Below, piece by piece: positions 22,420 to 31,786 of a stretch of DNA of 64,000 bases (its first letter is position 1; each line of letters starts with the position of its first letter). Source of the stretch: Candidatus Oxydemutator sp. (GTDB lineage Bacteria > Pseudomonadota > Gammaproteobacteria > Poriferisulfidales > Oxydemutatoraceae); contig OZ241883.1 of NCBI GenBank assembly GCA_965203445.1, positions 928,001 through 992,000 of the forward strand, given 5' to 3'. The notes under the pieces were generated by a model that ran no database searches, was not told the origin of the DNA, and was given only the letters and a program-made list of their open reading frames with translations. A program made the position numbers and the translations under genes.

Positions 22420-22518
22420 GGGGCGGAGCGCCCGCGCCAGGGTCTGAGGAGCAGTGCCCCGTACCATGCCATCGAAAAACAACGCCCCCATTTGTCCAGA
22501 ATGTGGCGGCCCCGTACA
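22420..22518 (+). mobile_element. Degenerate right-end remnant of the IS481-like element
   Basis: ...CATTTGTCCAGAATGTGGCGGCCCCGTACA vs IS end CATTTGTCCAGAATGTGGTGGCCTCATACA. Confidence 0.8.
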
Positions 22519-22965
22519 TTGCCTTGATTAAAGAGAACAACGGAAACATACTATTGCCGATGGCCTTCTGTGAAGGTTCGCCGATGCATCCTTCCTATGG
22601 TGCGGGACATGCAACCGTCGCCGGTGCATGTGTCACAATTCTCAAGGCATTTTTCGATCACAGTCATCCAATCCAAATAGCAGGCGAGGGGCATGGCATT
22701 TGTGCCGGATGGTGCGACAAAGGGCACTACCCTCAAAGCAGTGTCGTCTGAGCCTTTAACCGTGGAAGGCGAGTTGAATAAGCTTGCGTCGAATATCTCT
22801 ATCGGCCGTAATTGGGCCGGGGTGCACTATTTCTCAGATTATATTGAATCCCTGAGAATGGGGGAACAAATCGCAATAGGAATCCTTGAGGAACAAAAGC
22901 TGACGTATCATGAAAATTTCTCCATGACTGTCCCGCTTTTCGATGGAGGGTCCATAAGAGTATAG
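22519..22965 (+). pseudogene. C-terminal relic of a vanadium-dependent haloperoxidase (frameshifted)
   Basis: LLPMAFCEGSPMHPSYGAGHATVAGACVTILKAFF, then in another frame LTVEGELNKLASNISIGRNWAGVHYFSD. Confidence 0.85.
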
Positions 22966-23043
22966 GGAATTGCCCAGTCTTGTGCTTTTCGGCAACGAGC
23001 CCCTCATGGTATGCGCCGAACCGTCTCCCGACTTAGGGAGCAT

Positions 23044-23393
23044 GACGTTGTTCATTTTGGCGGGGTTGCTACTGCTGGCGTCGCTCAGTCGCGGGCAGCT
23101 CCGGAGCGACGTGAAGTAATTGCTGGATCGGAAGATAGCGAGAGGGAAGACCGCCCGTTGCCATGAGTCCATAATTGGTTTTCCCTTTACGCCACTGTTT
23201 TGCGCTTGGCAGAAACGGCTGCCCCGGTTGCGTGGCTTGCATGCGCAGCCCGGCGACTGGAATCACTAGATAGCTTTCTTTCTGGAGCGCCGTCGGTGCA
23301 GGCGTCGGAGGGTCGCGACAAAATAAGAAAGACGACGGAGCCACACGGCGTCCTCAAAAGGTGCTCCATAAATCTGACTCGTTCGCCGTTCGC
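23044..23393 (+). repeat. Diverged copies of the protease 3' tail (19988-20118) and an internal Fic segment (21179-21324)
   Basis: ACGTTG(T/C)TCATT(T/C)TGGCGGGG...AGCGACGTGAAGTA...GAGGGAAGACCGCC and CGGCGACTGGAATC...GTTCGCCGTTCGC are shared. Confidence 0.85.
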
Positions 23394-23417
23394 GGGGCAG
23401 TTCGACGGCTTGCGCCG

Positions 23418-24296
23418 TTACCGCAGGCACTCTGCCAGTGCTTCCTGGAGCTTCGGGAACGCAAACTCCATTCCCGGCGTTCCGCCGTCCACGATCCGTT
23501 GCCCGCCGAGCAGCAGCACCGACATTTCTCCCAACGTCGCCCTCAGTGCCCAGTTCGGCGCGTGGCCGAGGCGCGGGCGTTTGAGGGCGGCGGCCAGCGT
23601 GCGGGAGAAATCCTTTTGCCGCACCGGGTGCGGGGCTACCGCGTTATAGACGCCGGCGCACGAATCGTTCGACAGGGTGCTGCGGATCATCGTTACGACG
23701 TCGGCCAGGTGTATCCAGGGCACCCATTGCTCGCCGCTGCCCAGCGTGCCGCCCAACCCCATCTTGTAGAACGGCAGCAGTTTCGCCAGCGCGCCGCCGC
23801 GCCCGAGGACGACGCCCAAGCGCAAAATACAAGTCCTGCCGTGAAAGTCCTCCGGCTGCGCGGCGGCCTCCCAGTCACGGCACAGTTCATGTGCGAAGTC
23901 CGCCACCGGCGTCGTCGTGAGCGTAACTTGCGCGTTTTTCTGATCGCCGTAGTAGCCGACCGCCGAGGCGCTCACCAACACCGCCGGTTTGTGTCCGGCC
24001 CGTTTCAGCCATTGCATCAGGCGGCGGGTCAGTTCCACGCGGCTTTGCCGCAGCACTTGCTTGCGCGCGTTGCTCCAGCGCGCGGCGGCTATCGGCGCAC
24101 CGGCCAGGTTCACGACGGCGTCGAGCGGCGATGCCTCGATCTTGTCGAGCGCGTCCACGATCTTCGCCCCCGGAACCTTGGCCGCGGTCTTTGCCGGGGT
24201 GCGCGACCAGACGTGCAGGCGGTGGCCGTCTGCGAGCAGCGCACGGCTTAAGGCGGTGCCGATGAAGCCGCTGCCGCCAGTGATAAGGATTTGCAC
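23418..24296 (-). CDS. TIGR01777-family NAD-dependent epimerase/oxidoreductase
   Basis: ITGGSGFIG, VVNLAGAPI, SASAVGYYG, GSGEQWVPWIH. Confidence 0.88.
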   Translation of the reverse strand: MQILITGGSGFIGTALSRALLADGHRLHVWSRTPAKTAAKVPGAKIVDALDKIEASPLDAVVNLAGAPIAAARWSNARKQVLRQSRVELTRRLMQWLKRAGHKPAVLVSASAVGYYGDQKNAQVTLTTTPVADFAHELCRDWEAAAQPEDFHGRTCILRLGVVLGRGGALAKLLPFYKMGLGGTLGSGEQWVPWIHLADVVTMIRSTLSNDSCAGVYNAVAPHPVRQKDFSRTLAAALKRPRLGHAPNWALRATLGEMSVLLLGGQRIVDGGTPGMEFAFPKLQEALAECLR

Positions 24297-24378
24297 GTTG
24301 CGGTTTCCCGCCGGCTGTATCCCGAGGATCGAGAGTGGGAGGGAAGGAAGAAAAGTCGCCCTTGCTTGGGCGGTTGTC

Positions 24379-24858
24379 TCACTCCACCGAAAACCCCGCC
24401 GCCTTCAGCATGTAATCCACCGTCATCCGTATTGTCTCGTCCGACAGATCGGTGCGTCCGGCCTTGGGCGGCATGTTGCCCTTGCCGTTGATGACCGATT
24501 GGTAGAGTACTTCCAGGCCCTGCGCAAAGCGCGGCTCCCAGGCGGCGTTGTCGCCGAACAGCGGCGATTCGACGAGGCCGGTGGCGTGACAGGATTGGCA
24601 GGCGGACTGATAGATTTCCTCAGGCGTCGCCGTGGCCGGGGCGACGCCCGCCGGCGGCGTCATTATCGCGACGGAGGCCGTGCCTACGTGCACCCGGCTG
24701 ATCGGCGCGATGCGCTCCTTCGTGCGTTTCTCCATCGCCATGTCGAAGGTTTCCTCCTCCGAGGACAGTCCGATGGAGAGGATGAGGATAAAAATCACGA
24801 TCGCGACGAGCGCCGCGAGCACCGTCGCAAAGTTGTTGATAAATTCCTGGTCTTGCAT
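24379..24858 (-). CDS. Cytochrome c5-family protein
   Basis: N-terminal TM helix, CQSCH heme motif, GKGNMPPK. Confidence 0.88.
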   Translation of the reverse strand: MQDQEFINNFATVLAALVAIVIFILILSIGLSSEEETFDMAMEKRTKERIAPISRVHVGTASVAIMTPPAGVAPATATPEEIYQSACQSCHATGLVESPLFGDNAAWEPRFAQGLEVLYQSVINGKGNMPPKAGRTDLSDETIRMTVDYMLKAAGFSVE

Positions 24859-24992
24859 TGGTCTCTCTTGGTCGCGCGCGGCTCCATATAGCGAACGCCA
24901 CGATAGCGCGCCGGCGAGTGCCGGAGCGGCCGAGGGAGCATTTTACAACAGTTCGCGCCGGCAGTTTGCGCCAGCGCCGCTATTGCCGCCCG

Positions 24993-26144
24993 TCACAGAT
25001 CCGTGAGCAGGCGGTGGGCCGATACCGCGCGTATCCCGTCGGCCAGGGGGTAGGATGCGTCGCCCGCGTGCACCACGATCAGTTCCGTGAGTTCGAGGTC
25101 TTTTATCGCGTGGCGCATGGACGGCGTGACGGTCGGCGCCGTGGATAGTTTCACTTCTACGCCCAGGCGCTTCCTGCCCGATGGAACAAACACGTCGAGT
25201 TCCGCGCCCGTGTGCGTTCGCCAGTAGTAGAAATCCCGGCCCGGCCCCCGCATCTGCTCCATGATCAGCTCCACCATCAGGCCTTCCCACGAGGCGCCCC
25301 TTGCCGGATGTGCGTCGAGGGTGCCGGCGTCGCCGATGCCGAGCAGCGAATGCACGAGCCCGGCGTCCCGAATGTATATTTTCGGCGCCTTGACCTGGCG
25401 CTTGTTCAGGTTCGCAAGCCACGGCGGCAGTTGTCTGATCACCAGCGCGTCGGTGAGGACGTCCAGGTAGCGACGCACGGTGGTATCGGCGACGCCGAAC
25501 GAACGCGCGAACTCCGAGGAGTTCCAGGTCTGGCCGTGGCGGTGCGCCAGCATCGCCCAGAAGCGCCGCAGGGTCGTCCCCGGCGTGCGCACGCCGAGTT
25601 GGGCCAGATCGCGTTCGATGAACGTGCGCTTGAAACTTTCCAGCCACTCGAAGCAATCCCGGTTCGAGCGCGCGAGATAGGCGTTGGGGAAACCGCCCCG
25701 CAGCCACCGCCGTCGCAGCCGGTCGTTGCCCACTTCATCCAGCCCCAGGCCGTTCAGCTCATAGTAATGGACGCGCCCGGCCAGGGACTCGGAGGATTGC
25801 CGCGATAGATCGGGCGACGCGCTGCCCAGCACCAGAAAGCGGGCCGGTCGCGGCCTGCGGTCGGACAATACCCGCAGCAATGGGAAAAGCTCCGGCAGTC
25901 GCTGCACCTCGTCAATGATGATCAGCCCCTTGAGGTTGCGCAGCGCGAGGCTTGCGTCTTTTTTGAGGCGCGAAAAATCGGCGGGATCTTCCAGGTCGAA
26001 ATGATGGAATTGCCGGCCATAGCCGTCGGCCACCTGCCTGGCCAGCGTGGTCTTGCCGATCTGCCGCGGCCCCAGAATGGCGACGACGGCAAAGCGCTTC
26101 AGGCGCCCGATTATCTCGGCGACGTGTCTTGATCGTGTGACCAT
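24993..26144 (-). CDS. AAA_14 ATPase with DUF4143 / C-terminal nuclease-like domain
   Basis: GPRQIGKTT, IIDEVQ, SESLAGR, RGGFP, KAPKIYIRD, ELD...GVEVK. Confidence 0.9.
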   Translation of the reverse strand: MVTRSRHVAEIIGRLKRFAVVAILGPRQIGKTTLARQVADGYGRQFHHFDLEDPADFSRLKKDASLALRNLKGLIIIDEVQRLPELFPLLRVLSDRRPRPARFLVLGSASPDLSRQSSESLAGRVHYYELNGLGLDEVGNDRLRRRWLRGGFPNAYLARSNRDCFEWLESFKRTFIERDLAQLGVRTPGTTLRRFWAMLAHRHGQTWNSSEFARSFGVADTTVRRYLDVLTDALVIRQLPPWLANLNKRQVKAPKIYIRDAGLVHSLLGIGDAGTLDAHPARGASWEGLMVELIMEQMRGPGRDFYYWRTHTGAELDVFVPSGRKRLGVEVKLSTAPTVTPSMRHAIKDLELTELIVVHAGDASYPLADGIRAVSAHRLLTDL

Positions 26145-26156
26145 GGGTGCGACTAT

Positions 26157-26273
26157 ACCATGAAATCTCTGCGATAGGCGCCGAGATTTCATGGTGGGGA
26201 GAGAGCGGACGCAGGCCTGAAAAGCTTCCGGAGAACCATGAAATCTCTGCGACAGACGCCGAGATTTCATGGT
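26157..26273. repeat. Two 39-bp palindromic direct repeats 39 bp apart
   Basis: ACCATGAAATCTC-N13-GAGATTTCATGGT at 26157-26195 and 26235-26273. Confidence 0.9.
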
Positions 26274-26349
26274 AAGGGGAGGTCGGCCACGCTGCGCCCT
26301 TGCTGAATCCGCCCCGAATCCGCCCATGGTATATAATTCCAGGGCGACG

Positions 26350-26871
26350 ATGAACGCCAAGCCGACCATGAACGCCGCGCCCGTATTCCGCCCCGCCCCG
26401 TCGAGCGCGAGCACCGCGCCGCGCGTGGCGCAATTCGTAATCCGTCCCAATCGTTCGCTGTCGCGACGTGGCAACCAGTTCTTTTTCTTGACGCTTTTTT
26501 GCGTTTCCTTCATCATCGCGGGGGTGTTCACGGCGATGGGAATGTGGGTGATCCTGCCGTTTGCCGGCTTCGAGATGCTTGGTCTCGGCGCCGCGTTGTA
26601 TTGCTGCGTGCACCGACTGTCGCGGCGCGAGACCGTGGTGGTGGATGGGGACGAGGTGCGCGTCAGCAGCGGCCACGAAAAACCGGAGCACAGTTGCACG
26701 TTCCAGCGCGCCTGGGCGAGGGTGGTACTGTCTTCGCCGTGCAACCGAGGCGCGCCGTCGCGCTTGTGGATACGCTCGCACGGACGCCAGGTCGAGATCG
26801 GCTCTTTCCTGAGCGATGCCGACAAGGGGAATCTGGCGAGGGCGCTCGACCGCGCCATCGCCCGCGCCTAA
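26350..26871 (+). CDS. DUF2244-family membrane protein
   Basis: IRPNRSLS, WVILPFAGFE, VEIGSFL; typical position before coxB. Confidence 0.8.
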   Translation: MNAKPTMNAAPVFRPAPSSASTAPRVAQFVIRPNRSLSRRGNQFFFLTLFCVSFIIAGVFTAMGMWVILPFAGFEMLGLGAALYCCVHRLSRRETVVVDGDEVRVSSGHEKPEHSCTFQRAWARVVLSSPCNRGAPSRLWIRSHGRQVEIGSFLSDADKGNLARALDRAIARA

Positions 26872-26889
26872 GGGAGCGAAGGAACGACG

Positions 26890-27768
26890 ATGCGAATAAC
26901 GGGAATTCTGCGGCGGTTTGCGGGCGCCTTGCCGGCTGCGGCCCCGAGCGCGGCGCTCGCCGACTTGCAGCCGTACAACATGCCGGTCGGCGTGACCGAC
27001 ATCAGCCGCGAGGTGTACGACCTGCATATGCTGATCTTCTGGATCTGCGTGGCCATCGGCGTGGTCGTGTTCGGCGTGATGATGGTGTCGCTGGTGCGCC
27101 ACCGCAAGGCGCGCGGCTACGAGGCGCGCCAGTTCCACGAGAGCACCACCGCCGAGGTGGTATGGACGGTCATTCCGCTGATCATCCTGATTGCGATGGC
27201 GGTGCCGGCGACCAAAGTCCTTATCAAGATGGAGGACACCGCGCGCGCCGACCTGACCGTGAAGATCACCGGCTACCAGTGGCTTTGGCACTACGAATAT
27301 CTCGATGAGGGCGTCGAGTTTTACAGCGCGCTGGCGACGCCGCGCGAGCAGATCTACAACGTGCAGCAGAAGGGCGAGAACTACCTGCTCGAAGTGGACA
27401 ACGAACTGGTGCTGCCGGTGGGGCGCAAGGTGCGCTTTCTGATCACGTCGAACGACGTGCTGCACGCGTGGTGGGTGCCCGATCTCGCGGTCAAGAAGGA
27501 CGCGATTCCGGGCTTCATCAACGAATCCTGGACGCAGATCGAGGAACCGGGCGTGTACCGCGGCCAGTGCGCCGAACTGTGCGGGCGCGACCACGGCTTC
27601 ATGCCGATAGTCGTGCGCGCCCTCGAGGAGGCCGAATACAACCAATGGGTTGCCGGTATGCGCACGACGCAACCGGTCGCCGCGGCCGACGGCCGCGTGC
27701 GGCTGACGGCGAGTGATACGGCACGGATCGGGACAACTCAGGACAACAACGGGGGAGTAACGCGATGA
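26890..27768 (+). CDS. coxB: Cytochrome c oxidase subunit II
   Basis: GYQWLWHYEY, DVLHAWW, CuA motif CAELCGRDHGFM. Confidence 0.96.
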   Translation: MRITGILRRFAGALPAAAPSAALADLQPYNMPVGVTDISREVYDLHMLIFWICVAIGVVVFGVMMVSLVRHRKARGYEARQFHESTTAEVVWTVIPLIILIAMAVPATKVLIKMEDTARADLTVKITGYQWLWHYEYLDEGVEFYSALATPREQIYNVQQKGENYLLEVDNELVLPVGRKVRFLITSNDVLHAWWVPDLAVKKDAIPGFINESWTQIEEPGVYRGQCAELCGRDHGFMPIVVRALEEAEYNQWVAGMRTTQPVAAADGRVRLTASDTARIGTTQDNNGGVTR

Positions 27769-29339
27769 GCGCAACGGCGGTTGACGACCACCACCACGAA
27801 GGCCCCGCCAGCGGCGTCATGCGCTGGATCTGCACGACCAACCACAAGGACATCGGCACGCTGTACCTGTTCTTTGCGCTGATCATGTTCTTCCTGGGCG
27901 GCCTGATGGCGCTGGTGATACGCGCCGAGCTGTTCCAGCCGGGCCTGCAGATGGTGGACCCGCAGTTCTTCAACTCGATGACGACGATGCACGCGCTGCT
28001 GATGATCTTCGGCGTCGTGATGCCGGCCTTCACGGGGCTGGCCAACTGGCTGATACCGATGATGGTCGGCGGCACCGACATGGCGCTGCCGCGCTTGAAC
28101 AACTGGAGCTTCTGGATCCTGCCGTTCGCGTTTGCGATGCTCCTGGCGACGCTGTTCGTGCCGGGCGGCGCGCCCGCCGGCGGCTGGACGCTGTATCCGC
28201 CGCTGACGCTGCAAACCGGCGCGGCGCTGCCGTTGTTGATCTTCTCGATCCACCTGATGGGCATGTCTTCCATCATGGGCGCGATCAACGTCATCGCGAC
28301 GATACTCAACATGCGCGCGCCGGGCATGACCCTGATGAAAATGCCGCTGTTCGTCTGGACCTGGCTGATCACCGCCTACCTGCTGATCGCGGTGATGCCG
28401 GTGCTGGCCGGCGGCGTGACGATGCTGCTGACCGACAAGTTTTTCGGCACCAGTTTCTTCAACGCGGCCGGCGGCGGCGACCCGGTGATGTTTCAGCACA
28501 TCTTCTGGTTCTTCGGCCATCCCGAGGTGTATATCCTGATCCTGCCGTCGTTCGGCGTCATCTCGAGCATCCTGCCGACGTTTGCGCGCAAGCCGCTGTT
28601 CGGCTACAACTCGATGGTCTATGCCACCGCGTCCATCGCCTTTCTGTCGTTCGTCGTCTGGGCGCACCACATGTTCACGGTCGGCATGCCGCTGGCCGGG
28701 CAGCTGTTCTTCATGCTCTCGACGATGCTGATCGCGGTGCCGACCGGCGTCAAGGTGTTCAACTGGGTGGCGACGATGTGGCGCGGTTCGATGACCTTCG
28801 AGACGCCGATGCTGTTCGCGATCGCGTTCATCGTGCTGTTCACCATCGGCGGTTTTTCGGGGCTGATGCTCGCCATCGTGCCCGCCGACTACCAGTACCA
28901 CGACACCTATTTCGTCGTCGCCCACTTCCACTACGTGCTGGTGCCGGGTTCGATCTTTGCGATCATGGCGGCGGTCTACTACTGGTTGCCGAAGTGGAGC
29001 GGTCACATGTACAACGAGACGCTCGGCAAGTGGCACTTCTGGCTGTCGACGATATTCGTCAACCTGACGTTCTTCCCGATGCACTTCGTCGGCCTCGCCG
29101 GTATGCCGCGCCGCATTCCCGACTACGCGCTGCAATTCACCGACTACAACGTGATGGCGAGCGTCGGCGCGTTCGGTTTCGGTCTGGCGCAGCTGCTGTT
29201 CCTGTATATCGTCGTGGCCACGGTGCGCGGCGGCCAGAAAGCGACCGACCGCGTGTGGGAGGGCGCCGACGGCCTCGAATGGACGCTGCCGTCGCCGCCG
29301 CCGTACCATAGCTTCACGACGCCGCCGCAGGTTCGTTGA
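27765..29339 (+). CDS. coxA: Cytochrome c oxidase subunit I
   Basis: TTNHKDIG, WFFGHPEVY, WAHHMF, HFHYV. Confidence 0.98.
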   Translation: MSATAVDDHHHEGPASGVMRWICTTNHKDIGTLYLFFALIMFFLGGLMALVIRAELFQPGLQMVDPQFFNSMTTMHALLMIFGVVMPAFTGLANWLIPMMVGGTDMALPRLNNWSFWILPFAFAMLLATLFVPGGAPAGGWTLYPPLTLQTGAALPLLIFSIHLMGMSSIMGAINVIATILNMRAPGMTLMKMPLFVWTWLITAYLLIAVMPVLAGGVTMLLTDKFFGTSFFNAAGGGDPVMFQHIFWFFGHPEVYILILPSFGVISSILPTFARKPLFGYNSMVYATASIAFLSFVVWAHHMFTVGMPLAGQLFFMLSTMLIAVPTGVKVFNWVATMWRGSMTFETPMLFAIAFIVLFTIGGFSGLMLAIVPADYQYHDTYFVVAHFHYVLVPGSIFAIMAAVYYWLPKWSGHMYNETLGKWHFWLSTIFVNLTFFPMHFVGLAGMPRRIPDYALQFTDYNVMASVGAFGFGLAQLLFLYIVVATVRGGQKATDRVWEGADGLEWTLPSPPPYHSFTTPPQVR

Positions 29340-29359
29340 GCAGCGCCGCCCGTGCGTGG

Positions 29360-29482
29360 ATGAATGAAGCCCCCGACCAAGGCCGCGACCAATCCGGCAG
29401 CGTGCGCGTCACGGCTCTCGCTTTGGCGCTCGCCGCGTTGTCGGTGTACGCGGCCTTCTACCTGATCGTCGCGACGCGATGA
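29360..29482 (+). CDS. 40-aa single-TM oxidase-associated small protein (absent from ORF track)
   Basis: MNEAPDQGRDQSGSVRVTALALALAALSVYAAFYLIVATR; ATGA overlap with ctaG. Confidence 0.6.
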   Translation: MNEAPDQGRDQSGSVRVTALALALAALSVYAAFYLIVATR

Positions 29483-30033
29483 ACCGCAACGGCAGACTGG
29501 CGTTGAAATTGGGCGCGCTTACCGTGGCCATGTTCGGTTTCGGTTTTGCGATGGTGCCGATCTACGACGTGTTCTGCGAGCTCACCGGCTTGAACGGCAA
29601 GACCGGGCGCGCCGAGATTGCCGAGGCCGCCGCGTTGCGCGCCGACGAGTCGCGCACCATCACCGTCGAGTTGCTGGCCAACCTGAACCAATCCATGGAC
29701 TGGGAGTTCGCGCCCGCGCTCTCGCGCGTGAGCGTGCATCCGGGCGAGATGAAAACGGTGCACTACCGTGTAAGAAACCGTCGCGACCAGGCCGTCGCCG
29801 GACAGGCCGTGCCCAGCGTGACGCCGGGAGCGGCCGCCGCGCATTTCAAGAAGGTCGAGTGTTTCTGCTTTTTGCGCCAGGAATTGGCGCCCCACGAGGA
29901 GCGCGATATGCCGGTGCGTTTTTACGTCGCCCCCGACCTGCCCGCGCACGTGCACACGATTTCCCTGTCCTACACGTTTTTTGACGTGACCGAAACGGCC
30001 ACCGGCGGCGCCGCGCGCGACGAGACCGGCTGA
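29479..30033 (+). CDS. ctaG: Cytochrome c oxidase assembly protein CtaG/Cox11
   Basis: VPIYDVFCELTG, KVECFCF. Confidence 0.93.
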   Translation: MNRNGRLALKLGALTVAMFGFGFAMVPIYDVFCELTGLNGKTGRAEIAEAAALRADESRTITVELLANLNQSMDWEFAPALSRVSVHPGEMKTVHYRVRNRRDQAVAGQAVPSVTPGAAAAHFKKVECFCFLRQELAPHEERDMPVRFYVAPDLPAHVHTISLSYTFFDVTETATGGAARDETG

Positions 30034-30043
30034 GGAATACCCG

Positions 30044-30922
30044 ATGTCCGCACAATCCGCATCAACCCAATACTACATTCCGCACGGCAGCCACTGGCCG
30101 ATACTCGGTTCGATTGCGCTGTTCACGCTGTTCGTCGGCGTCTCGGCGTTTTTGAACGAACTTCCGATAGGCGTGCCGTTGATGGGCGTCGGTCTTGCGA
30201 TACTGATCGTGATGATGTTTGGCTGGTTCGGCACCGTGGTGCGCGAGAGCGAGGCCGCCACCTACAACGACCAAGTGGACGTCTCGTTTCGCTGGGGCAT
30301 GTTCTGGTTCATATTTTCCGAGGTCATGTTCTTTGCCGCGTTCTTCGGCGCGTTGTTCTACGCGCGTACTTTTTCGCTGCCGTGGCTCGGCGGCGAAGGC
30401 AGCGGCGCCGCGACCAATCTGTATCTGTGGCCGAATTTCGAGGCGCTTTGGCCCGGCAACGCCGACGGTCCGGCGCGCATCGGGGGCGGTTTTGCACACA
30501 TGCCGGCGTGGGGCATTCCGGCGCTCAACACGCTGATCCTGCTGACCAGCGGCGTCACCGTGACGTGGGCGCACCACGGACTCAGGGCGAACCGGCGCGG
30601 CGTGCTGATCTTCGGCCTGTTTCTGACGGTTGCGCTCGGCGCGCTGTTCGTCGGCTTGCAGGCCTACGAGTACATCCACGCCTATAGAGATCTGAACCTG
30701 ACACTGGGTTCCGGCGTGTACGGTTCGACCTTCTTCATGCTGACCGGTTTCCACGGCCTGCACGTGACCATAGGCGCGATCATGCTGCTGGTGGTGTTGG
30801 CCAGGAGCATCGCCGGCCACTTCACCCCCGAGCGCCATTTCGCGTTCGAGGCCGCGGCTTGGTACTGGCACTTCGTGGACGTCGTCTGGCTCGGCCTGTT
30901 CTTCTTCGTCTATTGGCTTTGA
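30044..30922 (+). CDS. coxC: Cytochrome c oxidase subunit III
   Basis: FIFSEVMFF, TGFHGLHV, AWYWHFVDVVW. Confidence 0.96.
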   Translation: MSAQSASTQYYIPHGSHWPILGSIALFTLFVGVSAFLNELPIGVPLMGVGLAILIVMMFGWFGTVVRESEAATYNDQVDVSFRWGMFWFIFSEVMFFAAFFGALFYARTFSLPWLGGEGSGAATNLYLWPNFEALWPGNADGPARIGGGFAHMPAWGIPALNTLILLTSGVTVTWAHHGLRANRRGVLIFGLFLTVALGALFVGLQAYEYIHAYRDLNLTLGSGVYGSTFFMLTGFHGLHVTIGAIMLLVVLARSIAGHFTPERHFAFEAAAWYWHFVDVVWLGLFFFVYWL

Positions 30923-30977
30923 TCGGGAGCGGGGCGCTTCGCCCGCATCCCTCTCCATCATTCCCGCGGGGGCTGGA

Positions 30978-31620
30978 TTATTTTTGCCCGGGAAGGCTAT
31001 TCGGGCAAACTTGATCGTAGGTCAGTGGTGAAGGATTTTTTGTGGTTCTGGCCCTGTTGATTGCCGCTCCCCATTGCGTACATCTGGCAAGGTGCGCTGC
31101 TCGGGATTTGGCTCTGGTAGTATAATCTGCATAGTTACCGATCAGCATAAGCGGAACAAGGCCAACGATGAACCAGATCACGAGACCGCCCAAAAACTTG
31201 GCTTCGTCTTCATCAATTTTTCCTTCCCTCTGAATGGGGTATATAGCGCTATACCTATACCTGCCAAGATCGTTGGCAGCACTGCCGAGGCAACGACCGC
31301 GCCCGAACCACTGCTGACGCCTACTATGTAACCAACGGTGGCTCCGGTAAGCAGAATGGCTATAGTGATAACGCTGCTTGCCCTCACATTGTAAGGCTGC
31401 CAAACGCCGCCCACCAATTTGTACGTGTGGAACGCAACAGCTCTTCCTCTAAATTTGTTATGTCTTCCGTGCTTTCGGATGGCAGGTTTGCAGTACCCGT
31501 GGTCGAGGTTGCATGGGCTTCCGCTATCAGATAGTTGTATTCGGGGGCTGCCGGGGCATCAGCCGGATCACCGAACGCGACAGCAGGCGCAAAGAAGAAA
31601 ATCCACAATGTCTTTTTCAA
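30978..31620 (-). pseudogene. Low-GC membrane protein gene probably broken by frameshifts
   Basis: Signal-peptide ORF 31384-31620, TM ORF 31178-31417 and TM ORF ending 30978 overlap in successive frames. Confidence 0.45.
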
Positions 31621-31786
31621 TGGTGTTGTCCCCTCTCTTCCGCTAATTCAAGGAAAGTCATTACGACCTCGAAACGATTTTAGCATGATTTATCCTTCGT
31701 AATCCGGTTCGCCCCATGTGGGGAAAGTCAACTGGGGCACCGCTTTTGCAGAAGCAACAAAAAGAATAGGAGAATGACGACGCGAA

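Noticed and set aside
26157-26273. CRISPR array
   Set aside because: Only two repeats, no cas genes or leader in the window; kept as a repeat/operator
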